Origin: Delftia acidovorans NBRC 14950
GTDB lineage: Bacteria; Pseudomonadota; Gammaproteobacteria; Burkholderiales; Burkholderiaceae_C
Direction: 5' to 3'
Length of the DNA: 32,000 nt
Assembly (NCBI RefSeq): GCF_001598795.1
Contig: NZ_BCZP01000030.1
Coordinates: 30,279 to 62,278 of the forward strand
Within the stretch, counting starts at the first letter, position 1; each line of letters opens with the position of its first letter. The notes under the pieces are model-generated. The model worked only from the letters and a program-made list of their open reading frames with translations, was not told where the DNA came from and ran no database searches. Positions 17,795 to 26,486 of the stretch are shown piece after piece. The translations under genes and the position numbers were made by a program.

Positions 17795-18288
17795 ACGGCC
17801 ACCGGGGGAAGCGTCATCGCGCGCGCTGCGGCGGTCTGCTCGGCGCGGAAGGCTTCGAGCCTGGTGCGCAGGGCCGGGTCCTCATTGGCCAGCAGGGCCA
17901 CGGCGAAGAGGGCCGCATTGGCCGCACCGGCCGCGCCGATGGCGAAGGTGGCCACGGGCACGCCCTTGGGCATCTGCACGATGGAGTGCAGCGAGTCCAC
18001 TCCCTGCAGGTGGCGGCTGGCCACGGGCACGCCGAGCACGGGCACCACGGTCTTGGCGGCAATCATGCCGGGCAAGTGGGCAGCGCCCCCCGCACCCGCG
18101 ATGATGGCCTTCAGGCCCCGGCCGGCAGCGGCCTCGGCGTAGGCGAACATGTCGTCGGGCATGCGGTGGGCCGAGACGACCTGGGCTTCATGGGCGATGC
18201 CAAATTGCTGAAGAATGGCAACTGCGTGCTGCATGGTCTCCCAGTCGCTGCTGGAGCCCATGACCACACCGATCTGGATGGAGTTCAT
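17791..18288 (-). CDS. purE: N5-CAIR mutase
   Basis: 165 aa: IGVVMGSSSDWETMQHA...SAHRMPD...AGGAAHLPGM...VLGVPV, which are canonical PurE blocks. Confidence 0.93.
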   Translation of the reverse strand: MNSIQIGVVMGSSSDWETMQHAVAILQQFGIAHEAQVVSAHRMPDDMFAYAEAAAGRGLKAIIAGAGGAAHLPGMIAAKTVVPVLGVPVASRHLQGVDSLHSIVQMPKGVPVATFAIGAAGAANAALFAVALLANEDPALRTRLEAFRAEQTAAARAMTLPPVAV

Positions 18289-18371
18289 GTCGTGAGGGCG
18301 CCTGCGGCCCGGCCTAGTGGAACCCGCGATTTTACTTTTTTAGTCCTAATTCGCGTAATCCATGCGCCAAA

Positions 18372-19760
18372 TCACCGCACAGCCGTGTGCTGCTCGCGCG
18401 CAAAACCCAGCACGCGCTGGCGAAACACATGGGTCAGCCAGGCCAGGGCCAGCCCCACCTGCACGGCCAGCGACAGCCACATTCCGCTGGTGACGGGCTT
18501 TGTCAGGCCGGCTGCCAGCGGTTGGGCCAGCACGGCGGCATCGGCCCCGGCCAGGCCAAAGGCCAGCAGCGGCAGCACGATGTTGACCAGCAGCCAGGTG
18601 ACGGCAAACGCGGCCAGCGGCGACTTGATGCGCCCGGCCAGCAGGGAAAAGCCCGTGGCCAGCGCGGCATCGCGCAGCAACTGCGCCGTGGCCAGCGCCG
18701 CCAGTTGGGCCGCGCCCGGCACGATGGGCTGGCCGCCCGCGGGCCACAGCAGCCACAGCGCGCAGGCCAGCACGGCCAGCAGCCAGCTCACGGGCCACAG
18801 CGGCAGCGCTTCGAGCGCGCCACGCCAGCGCCCCTGCAGCACGCACCACTGCACCTGGCGCCAGCTGCGCAGGCCCTCGTCCATGCCGTGCAGGCAGACA
18901 TAGGCCGTGCCCGCCAGCGCCAGCCCGGTGGTCCAAGCGAAGAAAGAGGCCGGGCCGGGGCCCTGCAACTGCATTGCATCGAGGTGCATGCCTCCAAAGG
19001 CCAGGCCCGCCACGCACAGGCCCAGCGGCCAGGCCCAGGGCAGGGTGCGCACATCCAGCCGCGTGCACAGCAGCCGCCACAGGGCCAGCAGGCCCAGCCC
19101 CAGCGCGATGGCGCCGAACAGGTAGATGGCGCCGCGCCCGTGCAGCGGCACGGACCACCACAGCACAGGGCGGCCTTCTTCGCGGCCCAGCTGCTCGGTC
19201 AACCGGCCCAGGATGGGTCCGGGCAGCACCATCACGAACAGCAGCGGCACCAGCACGAAGCGGATGCGGCGCGCGGGCTGCTCCTTCGGCCCCCAGCCCA
19301 TGAGCACGGAGTGCATGCTCCAGGCCTGCAGGGCCAGGCCCCACAGCACGGCCTGCAGCACGGCGTGCACGCCCCAGGCCAGCCCGCCCGGCTGGCCCGC
19401 CGAGGTGGCCAGCACGGCAAGCGCGCACCACAGCATGTACAGCCAGGCCGCCAGCGGGGCGCCCAGCAGCTTGCCCCAGGCCATCTGCCAGGGCGTCAGG
19501 GCCGACAGGCGCTGCCAGTCCCAGGTGTGCTGGTGCGCCTCTTCGTTGAGGCCGCGCCCGGCCAGCACGCTGCCCAGGCCGGCCGCGGCGATCCACATGC
19601 CGATCAGGGCAGCGACCAGCAGGGCATGCAGGCGGTCTTCGGGCTGGACCAGAACCATTGGCGTGGCCAGCAGCAAGGCGGTGAGCAGCAGGCTCCAGCC
19701 CAGTTGGGCGGGCCGCCAGTTGAGCCAGAGTTGGCGCTGGAATTCCGGGTTGTGCGTCAT
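18372..19760 (-). CDS. Polytopic (~12 TM) membrane protein of unknown function, translationally coupled to the ABC-2 ATPase
   Basis: ORF 18372..19919 trimmed to the ATG at 19760, which forms an ATGA overlap with the ATPase stop. The 462 aa contain about 12 hydrophobic segments by eye. I recognise no family motif. Confidence 0.7.
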   Translation of the reverse strand: MTHNPEFQRQLWLNWRPAQLGWSLLLTALLLATPMVLVQPEDRLHALLVAALIGMWIAAAGLGSVLAGRGLNEEAHQHTWDWQRLSALTPWQMAWGKLLGAPLAAWLYMLWCALAVLATSAGQPGGLAWGVHAVLQAVLWGLALQAWSMHSVLMGWGPKEQPARRIRFVLVPLLFVMVLPGPILGRLTEQLGREEGRPVLWWSVPLHGRGAIYLFGAIALGLGLLALWRLLCTRLDVRTLPWAWPLGLCVAGLAFGGMHLDAMQLQGPGPASFFAWTTGLALAGTAYVCLHGMDEGLRSWRQVQWCVLQGRWRGALEALPLWPVSWLLAVLACALWLLWPAGGQPIVPGAAQLAALATAQLLRDAALATGFSLLAGRIKSPLAAFAVTWLLVNIVLPLLAFGLAGADAAVLAQPLAAGLTKPVTSGMWLSLAVQVGLALAWLTHVFRQRVLGFAREQHTAVR

Positions 19761-20743
19761 GGCTGCTCCGCAGGGGTGAGGGGGGCTGCGGCCTGCAGGC
19801 CGCGTGCGTAGCGGTCCTGCAGGCGCTCGCGCACAGGCGCCAGGCTGGCCACGGGCAGGCCGGCGCCAACCAGGCGTGCCAGCAGATCGGCGCGTTCGCG
19901 CGGCGGCGTGGGCAGCCAAAGCTGCAGATGCACCAGGCCCTGGTCATCGGGCGGCGGCACAGGGGTGTCGGGAAGGACCTGGTGCAGCTGCCGCGCCAGC
20001 GACCCGGCCGAGGCGCCCGGGGGCGGTGCCAGCTCCAGCGCGTACAGCGCCAGCGGCACATCGCCGCCGGCGGCCGGCGCCTGAATGCCGCCGTGCAGGG
20101 CCTCGTGGCTTTCCACGCGGCCGCCGCGCAGGCTCAGGATGTGGGTGCAGTACTCGTCGAGTTCGCTGAGGATGTGGCTGGAGACGATCAGGGTCATGCC
20201 CTGGGCCTGCAGCGCCCGCATCAGCTGGGACAGGCTGGCGCGGGCCTCGGGGTCCAGGCCGCTGGCCGGCTCGTCCAGCAGCAGCACGCGCGGCTGGTGG
20301 ACGATGGCCTGGCCAATGGCCACGCGCTGGCGCTGGCCGCGAGACAGCTCGGTGGGCAGGCGCTCCAGCAGATCGGCCAGGCCCAGCTGCCCGGCCACGT
20401 GCGCCACGCGCTGGGGCGCCTCGGACGGGGGCGCGCCCATGGACAGGGCCGCGTACTGCAGGCAGCGCCGCACGCTCAGGCGGTCATAGAGGCCGAAGAA
20501 ATCCGACAGATAGCCCAGGTGCCGGTGCACTTCGCGGGGCTGCTCCTGCACCGCAATGCCATGCACCTCGACCTGGCCCGACAGCGGCTGGTCCAGCCCG
20601 GCGATGCAGCGCATCAGCGTGGATTTTCCGGCGCCGTTGGGCCCCACCAGGGCCGTGACGGTGCCTGCGGCGATATGGACGCTGACGCCATCGAGCGCGC
20701 GGTGGCCTGGGTACTCGAACACCAGCTGCGAAACCTTGATCAA
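19757..20743 (-). CDS. ABC transporter ATP-binding protein (ABC-2/NatA-like with C-terminal extension)
   Basis: ORF 19757..20896 trimmed to the TTG at 20743, 6 nt after GAGGGAGGG. Walker A is GPNGAGKST, the signature is LSRGQRQR, Walker B is LLLDEP and the H-loop is SSHILSEL. A ~110-aa C-terminal tail follows. Confidence 0.85.
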   Translation of the reverse strand: MIKVSQLVFEYPGHRALDGVSVHIAAGTVTALVGPNGAGKSTLMRCIAGLDQPLSGQVEVHGIAVQEQPREVHRHLGYLSDFFGLYDRLSVRRCLQYAALSMGAPPSEAPQRVAHVAGQLGLADLLERLPTELSRGQRQRVAIGQAIVHQPRVLLLDEPASGLDPEARASLSQLMRALQAQGMTLIVSSHILSELDEYCTHILSLRGGRVESHEALHGGIQAPAAGGDVPLALYALELAPPPGASAGSLARQLHQVLPDTPVPPPDDQGLVHLQLWLPTPPRERADLLARLVGAGLPVASLAPVRERLQDRYARGLQAAAPLTPAEQP

Positions 20744-21018
20744 GGCGAGCCCTCCCTCATTGCGTTGATGGCAGGCCGCAATGGCGGCACAGCGCGCCAA
20801 TATAGCCCAGCGCTGCCGCGCCGCGCCCTCGGCCGGGCGGCTTGAAATGCGCGCAGCCTGCTCCCATCTGGGGTGGCTGCCGCCCAGGGCGTTCACGCCC
20901 TGGGCCTTGGAATTGCTGGAGAATCACACGGTCCGTATCGGAGGCATTCGGCCGCCGAACTCCGAACCGCCACAGTCCGCGCGCCCTGGCCGCGCGCCTT
21001 GCCACAGGGTCTGATCAC

Positions 21019-21975
21019 ATGATTGATGTCACCATTGAGAATTTCGAAGCCGAAGTCGTCGCCGCCTCCATGCAGGTGCCGGTGCTCGTCGACTTCTGGG
21101 CGCCCTGGTGCGGCCCGTGCAAGACGCTGGGCCCCATCCTGGAAAAGCTCGAAGTGGCCTACGAAGGCCGCTTCAAGCTGGTCAAGATCGACTCCGACCA
21201 GGAGCAGCAACTGGCCGGCATGTTCGGCATCCGCTCCATCCCGACCTGCATTCTGATGATGGGCGGCCGCCCCGTGGACGGCTTCATGGGCGCCCAGCCC
21301 GAAGGCAAGCTGCGCGAGTTCCTCGACAAGCACCTGCCCTCGGAAGGCGAGCTGGCCGCCGAGGCCGAAGCCGACGAGGCCCACCAGTTGCTGGAAGCCG
21401 GCGACACCCAGGCCGCCCTGCAAAAGCTGGCCGACGCCCTGGCCGCCGACCCGGCCAACGACGATGCGCGCTTCGACTACGTGCGCCTGCTGATCGCCAC
21501 GGGCGGCTACGAAGAGGCCGGCGCCCTGCTGGCCGAGCCGCTCAAGCGCATTCCCCAGGCCACGCGCTTCGAGGCGCTCAACCAGTGGCTGCAGTGCATG
21601 CTGTTCGTGCACAACGACGAGCGTGGCAACTGGGAGTTTGCGCAGTTCGACGCCGTCATCGCGCAGAACAAGCGCGACTTCGACACCCGCTTCGGCAAGG
21701 CCCGGGCCCTGGCCGCCGAAGGCCAATGGGCCGCCAGCATGGACGAACTGCTGGAAATCATCATGCGCGACAAGGATTGGAACGGCCAGGCCGCGCGCAA
21801 GCTCTACGTGGGCATCCTGGAGCTGCTCACGCCCCCGAAGCCCAAGAAGCAGGACGCCATCCCCGGCAAGAGCAGCGGCGGCATCGAGCTGCTGGGCAAG
21901 GCTGGCGCCGAGCAGGACGAAGCCACGCAACTGGTCAACAGCTACCGCCGCAAGCTCAGCATGGCGCTGAACTGA
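21019..21975 (+). CDS. Thioredoxin-domain protein with TPR-like C-terminal domain (YbbN/CnoX family)
   Basis: ORF 20842..21975 trimmed to the ATG at 21019. MIDVTIENFEAEVV...VLVDFWAPWCGPCK carries an intact CxxC motif. The long helical C-terminal region is typical of YbbN-type co-chaperones. Confidence 0.85.
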   Translation: MIDVTIENFEAEVVAASMQVPVLVDFWAPWCGPCKTLGPILEKLEVAYEGRFKLVKIDSDQEQQLAGMFGIRSIPTCILMMGGRPVDGFMGAQPEGKLREFLDKHLPSEGELAAEAEADEAHQLLEAGDTQAALQKLADALAADPANDDARFDYVRLLIATGGYEEAGALLAEPLKRIPQATRFEALNQWLQCMLFVHNDERGNWEFAQFDAVIAQNKRDFDTRFGKARALAAEGQWAASMDELLEIIMRDKDWNGQAARKLYVGILELLTPPKPKKQDAIPGKSSGGIELLGKAGAEQDEATQLVNSYRRKLSMALN

Positions 21976-22003
21976 GACCGGCGCTGCACGGGTGAAGAGA
22001 CGG

Positions 22004-22026
22004 GGGAGCCTTGCGGCTCCCTTTTT
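22004..22026 (+). terminator. Rho-independent terminator after the ybbN-like gene
   Basis: gggagcc-ttgc-ggctccc stem-loop followed by TTTTT (22022-22026). Confidence 0.7.
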
Positions 22027-22038
22027 CATGGCGAGGGC

Positions 22039-22857
22039 TCAGGGCGCAACCGGTTCCTCGGCCGCATGCGCGCGGTGCAGCAACTGCACGAAGCCGGGCG
22101 CATCGGGCAGATGCACATCGGCCAGGCGCCTGACCGGAATGCCCGGGGACCACGAATTCATCACCACGGCGCCGGCCAGGGATGGCAGGTCGGCCCGGGT
22201 CAGCACGGCCTGGCGTTGCGCCACGCCCAGGCGCTGCAACTGGCGCCGCAGCATGGACTCGGTCGTGCCCGGCAGCACCTGGGCGCGCGGCCAGACCACG
22301 GCATCTCCATCCCAGAAGGCCAGGTTCCAGATGGTGGCCTCGCCAATGCGGCCGTGGCGGTCGGCAAATGCGGCGTCGTCAAAGCCCTGGGCTACGGCGC
22401 GGCGCAGCAGATGCGTCTTGGCCACCTCGCCCACATGCTTGAGGTGGGGCAGCATGCGCTCATGCTCGAACAGCGCCAGGCTCAAGGGCGCGGCGGGGCC
22501 CGAGGCGGGTGCCGAGGTGCGCACCAGCATGCGCGGCCGTGCATCGGCGGCCGTGAATTCACCGGCAGGCGAGTACACCGTGGCGGTCAGCGACACATCC
22601 TGCGGACCGTTGGCAAGCGCCGCCCGCAGCTGTGCCTGGACATCGTCATCGGACAAGGCCTGGCCGTACAGCTCCAGCGAGGCCTGGCGCAGACGCTGCA
22701 GATGCAGGTCCAGCCCGCGCAGCCGGCCGCCGCGCACCTGCATGGCCGTGAAATGGGCATGGCCGGCAAAGGCCAGGGCGGCGAGTTCGGCCGCCGTAGC
22801 GGGCTGCCCATCGATAAGGCTGGTGAAGAAAGAGGCGGTTTCCATGGGTTCATCCAT
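22039..22857 (-). CDS. Aminotransferase class IV (fold-type IV PLP enzyme; BCAT/D-aminotransferase/ADC-lyase family)
   Basis: ORF 22039..22902. The start is either the ATG at 22857 or the ATG at 22845. Family-like blocks: HFTAMQVRGGRLRGLDLHLQRL, PHLKHVG, EATIWNLAFW, VLPGTTESMLRR. Confidence 0.72.
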   Translation of the reverse strand: MDEPMETASFFTSLIDGQPATAAELAALAFAGHAHFTAMQVRGGRLRGLDLHLQRLRQASLELYGQALSDDDVQAQLRAALANGPQDVSLTATVYSPAGEFTAADARPRMLVRTSAPASGPAAPLSLALFEHERMLPHLKHVGEVAKTHLLRRAVAQGFDDAAFADRHGRIGEATIWNLAFWDGDAVVWPRAQVLPGTTESMLRRQLQRLGVAQRQAVLTRADLPSLAGAVVMNSWSPGIPVRRLADVHLPDAPGFVQLLHRAHAAEEPVAP

Positions 22858-22941
22858 CCAGTTTTCTTGATTGTTCGATGGCGGTCCCAAAAGAGGAAGC
22901 AAGTAGTATTCGGGGCTTTATCAAGAAAAATTTGAAGATCC

Positions 22942-23853
22942 ATGCGCCAGCTTCCACCCGGCACGCGCGCCCTGCGCAGCTTCGAGGCTGCAGGGCGCCA
23001 CCTGAACTTCACGCGCGCGGCCGACGAGTTGGGGCTGACCCCGGCGGCGGTCAGCCACCAGATCAAGGAGATGGAGGAACAGCTGGGCCTAGTCCTCTTC
23101 ACGCGCAACAGCCGCAGCATGCAGCTCACGCCCGCAGGCAGCGTGCTGCTGGAGGCCACGGCCGAGGCGCTGGGCCTGCTGCGGCGCGCCACCGGCCGTG
23201 CCCGCCAGCTGGCCCGGGGCGAGACGCGGCTGCGCCTGTCGCTGGGCGCGCGCTTTGCCACGCAGTGGCTGCTGCCCCGGCTGCCGCGCTTTCGCGCCGC
23301 GCATCCGCAGATCGAACTGAGCTTCGACATCTGCGACGAGGTGCGCGACTTCGACGCCGATGACATCGACGCCGCCATCCGCTTCGGCACCGGCCGTGAT
23401 CCGCACACCCTGGCGGTGCGCCTGCTCGATGCCAGGGTGATCCCCGTCTGCAGCCCGGCCCTGCTGCAGTCCGGCCCGCCGCTGGCGCGGCCTGTTGACC
23501 TGCTGGCGCACACGCTGTGCCATGTCGATTGCAGGGTGGACAGCCAGGTCTGGCCGAACTGGCCGATGTGGATGGCGGCGGCCGGCGTGGAGGGCCTGGA
23601 CGCAGGCCGCTGCATCGCCTTCACCGACTCCAGCCACGTCGTGCAGGCCGTGCTGGACGGCGGCGCCGTGGGCCTGGTCGAGCAGGACCTGGTGGCCGAA
23701 GACCTGGCCCGTGGCCGCCTGATGCGCCTGTTCGACATCGCCGTGGGCCTGGGCCCGGCCTACGCCTACCACCTGCTTTACCCCCGGCGCAGCCAGGGCC
23801 AGCCGGCCATCGAGGCGCTGCGTGCGTGGGTGCTGCAGGAGGCCGGGCTGTAG
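22942..23853 (+). CDS. LysR-family transcriptional regulator (GcvA-like subgroup)
   Basis: 303 aa. LRSFEAAGRHLNFTRAADELGLTPAAVSHQIKEMEEQLGLVLFTR is a GcvA-type HTH. Divergent from the class IV aminotransferase. Confidence 0.88.
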   Translation: MRQLPPGTRALRSFEAAGRHLNFTRAADELGLTPAAVSHQIKEMEEQLGLVLFTRNSRSMQLTPAGSVLLEATAEALGLLRRATGRARQLARGETRLRLSLGARFATQWLLPRLPRFRAAHPQIELSFDICDEVRDFDADDIDAAIRFGTGRDPHTLAVRLLDARVIPVCSPALLQSGPPLARPVDLLAHTLCHVDCRVDSQVWPNWPMWMAAAGVEGLDAGRCIAFTDSSHVVQAVLDGGAVGLVEQDLVAEDLARGRLMRLFDIAVGLGPAYAYHLLYPRRSQGQPAIEALRAWVLQEAGL

Positions 23854-23862
23854 CGCCTACGC

Positions 23863-24759
23863 CTACTGCCGTACGGGATCGGCAAATCGCATCAACCCGC
23901 GCACCACGGCCTGCACGGCCGGGTCTTGTTGCGCGGCGCTGCGGCAGGCCAGTCCCAGCGGGCGTGTCAGGGCGGGGCTGAGTCCGCGCTGCTGCAGGGT
24001 GCGGCTGACGGCGTCCATGGGCTCCTCGCGCGGCAGGACCGTGGGGCCGTGGCCGGCGGCGACCAGGGCGCGTATGCCTTCGGGAAAGCTCATTTCCATG
24101 CGTGGCTGGGGCAGCAGGCCCGCCTGGGCGAACCATTGGGACAGCAGGCGGTGCATCTGGGTGCCGGCGGCAAAGCCTATCCAGGGCTGGGCGTTGAGCC
24201 ATTCGGGCGTGATCTGGTCGGGCAGCGGCATCTGCGGCGGGGCGAACAGCTCCATGGGGTCGTTGCGCCAGGCGCGCATTTCAAGGCCTGAAGGCACGGG
24301 CTGGGGCAGCCCGACCAGGGCCAGGTCCAGGTGGCCAGTCGCCAGGCGCTGCATGGCCTGGGCGGAGCTCACGACTTCCAGGCGCAGTTCCACGCCGGGC
24401 GCGTGCTCGGCCAGCCATTGCAGCAGTTCGGGCAAAAGCAAGGGGCTGACGCCGGCCGAGGCGCCTATGCGCACGCTGGCGCCAAAGCCCTCGGCACGCT
24501 TGCGCACCTGGCGCAGCAGGGCCTCGCTGTCGGCCAGCAGGCGGCGTCCGCCTTCGGCCAGCAGAGCGCCTGCGGGCGTCAGCTGCGCCTTTCGCTTGCC
24601 GCGCACCAGCAGCGGTGTGTCCAGGCGCGCTTCCAGCTCCTGGATGTGCAGGCTGACGGCGGGCGGCGACAGGTGAAGGGCCTGGGCGGCAGCAGCCAGC
24701 GTGCCCAGGTCGGCCACGGCCACCAGGGTCTGGAGCTGGTCAAGGTTCAGGCGTCGCAT
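23863..24759 (-). CDS. LysR-family transcriptional regulator
   Basis: 298 aa. LDQLQTLVAVADLGTLAAAAQALHLSPPAVSLHIQELEARLDTPLLVR. Divergent from the EamA transporter gene. Confidence 0.88.
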   Translation of the reverse strand: MRRLNLDQLQTLVAVADLGTLAAAAQALHLSPPAVSLHIQELEARLDTPLLVRGKRKAQLTPAGALLAEGGRRLLADSEALLRQVRKRAEGFGASVRIGASAGVSPLLLPELLQWLAEHAPGVELRLEVVSSAQAMQRLATGHLDLALVGLPQPVPSGLEMRAWRNDPMELFAPPQMPLPDQITPEWLNAQPWIGFAAGTQMHRLLSQWFAQAGLLPQPRMEMSFPEGIRALVAAGHGPTVLPREEPMDAVSRTLQQRGLSPALTRPLGLACRSAAQQDPAVQAVVRGLMRFADPVRQ

Positions 24760-24853
24760 CAGGTTTCCTGAAGATGATGTTCCGAAGATTCGACTTTATC
24801 TAATCTGGGTGCGAATCCATCATCCCGTCCCGTATCAAGAACGAGGCCATGGA

Positions 24854-25714
24854 ATGGAATTGAGCAATGCGGTGCTGGCCGCGGCCCTGGGGGCCGCGCT
24901 GATGAATGCGGGATGGAACAGCGCCATCAAGCTGGGCGGCGACAAGATGGTCGCCATGGCGCTGACCACGGGGCTGGCCAGCCTGTGGTCGCTGCTGGTG
25001 CTGCCCTGGCTGGACTGGCGCGCGGCGGGGTTGTGGAACGCATCGGTGTGGTGGTGGCTGGCGGCCTCGGTGGCCGTGCACACCGTCTATCACTTCGTGC
25101 TGCCGCGCGCCTACCAGCATGGCGAGTTCGGCGTGGTCTACCCGGTGGCACGCGGCAGTGCGCCGCTGTTCGTCACGCTGGGCGCGGCGCTGCTGGCCGG
25201 AGAGTGGCCGGGCGCGACCGGGCTGGCCGGCGTGCTGTGCCTGTCGCTGGGCGTGCTGGCGCTGTCGTTGCGCAGCGGCGCGGCCAGCGGTTATGGCGGC
25301 AGCGGCTATGCGCTGGCCACGGGCGCCATGATTGCCTGCTATACGGTCATCGACGGGCTGGGGGCGCGCGCATCCGGCTCCGCGCTGCTCTATGCGGCTC
25401 TGCTCACGCTGGGCGATGGCCTGGCCACGGTGCTGATCGTCGCCTGGCGGCGCGGCCCCGCCGTGCTGCGTGCCGATGCACGCACCTGGCGCCTGTGTGC
25501 CCTGGCCGCCGCCATGCAGCTGAGTGCCAGCTGGATGGCGACCTGGGCGCTGTCGCAGGCGCCCATGGGGCTGGTGTCTGCGCTGCGTGAAAGCAGCGTG
25601 CTGTTTGCGGGCTGGATTGCCGCCTGGCTGATGCGCGAGCGCCTGGGCCGTGTGCGCATGCTGGCCTCGGCCCTGGTCTTCGGCGGCATCGTGCTGGTGC
25701 GCTGGGGCGGTTGA
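24854..25714 (+). CDS. DMT-superfamily (EamA-like) transporter
   Basis: ORF 24701..25714 trimmed to the ATG at 24854. The 286 aa form about 10 hydrophobic helices, with an EamA-like arrangement and a GG-rich C-terminus. Confidence 0.75.
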   Translation: MELSNAVLAAALGAALMNAGWNSAIKLGGDKMVAMALTTGLASLWSLLVLPWLDWRAAGLWNASVWWWLAASVAVHTVYHFVLPRAYQHGEFGVVYPVARGSAPLFVTLGAALLAGEWPGATGLAGVLCLSLGVLALSLRSGAASGYGGSGYALATGAMIACYTVIDGLGARASGSALLYAALLTLGDGLATVLIVAWRRGPAVLRADARTWRLCALAAAMQLSASWMATWALSQAPMGLVSALRESSVLFAGWIAAWLMRERLGRVRMLASALVFGGIVLVRWGG

Positions 25715-25743
25715 GCCGCCCGGCGCCAACGGCCGTTGCGTGC

Positions 25744-26328
25744 TCAGCCGTGGCTGATGCGCGTGCCCAGGAGCGTCAGGAACTGGGCGATCCAGGCCGG
25801 ATGTGCGGGCCAGGCGGGGGCGCTGACCAGGTTGCCTTCGGTATGCGCCTGGTCCACGCCGATGTCGGCGTAGGTGCCGCCGGCCAATTCGACCTCGGCA
25901 CGGCAGGCCGGGTAGGCCGAGCAGGTGCGGCCCTTGAGCACTCCGGCGCCGGCCAGCAGCTGGGCGCCATGGCAGACGGCGGCCACGGGTTTGTTGTTGT
26001 CGAAGAAGTGGCGCACGGCGGCGCGCACGGCGTCGTAGTTGCGCAGGTACTCGGGGCCGCGTCCACCGGGGATCACCAGAGCGTCGTACTGCTCGGGCTT
26101 GATGTCGGCGAAGCTGGCGTTGAGCGTGAAGTTGTGGCCGGGCTTCTCGCTGTAGGTCTGCGCGCCCTCGAAATCATGGATGGCCGTCTTGATGTGTTCC
26201 CCGGCCTTCTTGTCGGGGCAGACCGCATGCACCGTGTGTCCCACGGCCTGCAGGGCCTGGAAGGGGACCATGGTTTCGTAGTCCTCGCAGTAGTCGCCAC
26301 AGATCATCAGAATCTTCTTGCCAGCCAT
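25744..26328 (-). CDS. DJ-1/PfpI-family protein (YhbO/PfpI-like)
   Basis: 194 aa: [15 protein letters not shown]...[11 protein letters not shown]...[13 protein letters not shown], including the nucleophile-elbow Cys. AAGGAG RBS upstream. Confidence 0.88.
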   Translation of the reverse strand: MAGKKILMICGDYCEDYETMVPFQALQAVGHTVHAVCPDKKAGEHIKTAIHDFEGAQTYSEKPGHNFTLNASFADIKPEQYDALVIPGGRGPEYLRNYDAVRAAVRHFFDNNKPVAAVCHGAQLLAGAGVLKGRTCSAYPACRAEVELAGGTYADIGVDQAHTEGNLVSAPAWPAHPAWIAQFLTLLGTRISHG

Positions 26329-26421
26329 GTGCTTGCTCCTTCAGAAAAAGTCAGAGGAAGCGAACATTGTGGCAGCGTCGGTGACGCAGGCATGACCGGC
26401 TGCAAAAACGCAGGCCCGCAA

Positions 26422-26448
26422 CAAAAAAGAGAGCCGAAGCTCTCTTTT
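26422..26448 (-). terminator. Rho-independent terminator after purC (minus strand)
   Basis: agagagc-cgaa-gctctct stem-loop. On the minus strand it is followed by TTTTTT (complement of 26423-26428). Confidence 0.7.
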
Positions 26449-26486
26449 GCGAGGGAAGGCGCGCGGGGCCAGGCTATGGCGGGCCG

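Noticed and set aside
16574-18142. 522-aa plus-strand ORF antisense to purK/purE
   Set aside because: GC artefact opposite two highly conserved purine genes.
18289-18371. Possible purE promoter (TAAAAT on the minus strand, complement of 18329-18334) in an AT-rich patch
   Set aside because: Only the -10 hexamer is convincing and no good -35 lies at 16-18 bp. With no terminator after the upstream membrane-protein gene, read-through is equally plausible. It is too weak to list as a feature.
18346-20061. 571-aa minus-strand ORF in an alternative frame over the membrane protein/ATPase junction, and the 474-aa plus-strand ORF 18387..19811
   Set aside because: They have Arg/Pro/Gly/Ala-rich composition and no hydrophobic periodicity or motifs. 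The chosen frame yields a coherent 12-TM protein with ATGA coupling to the ATPase.
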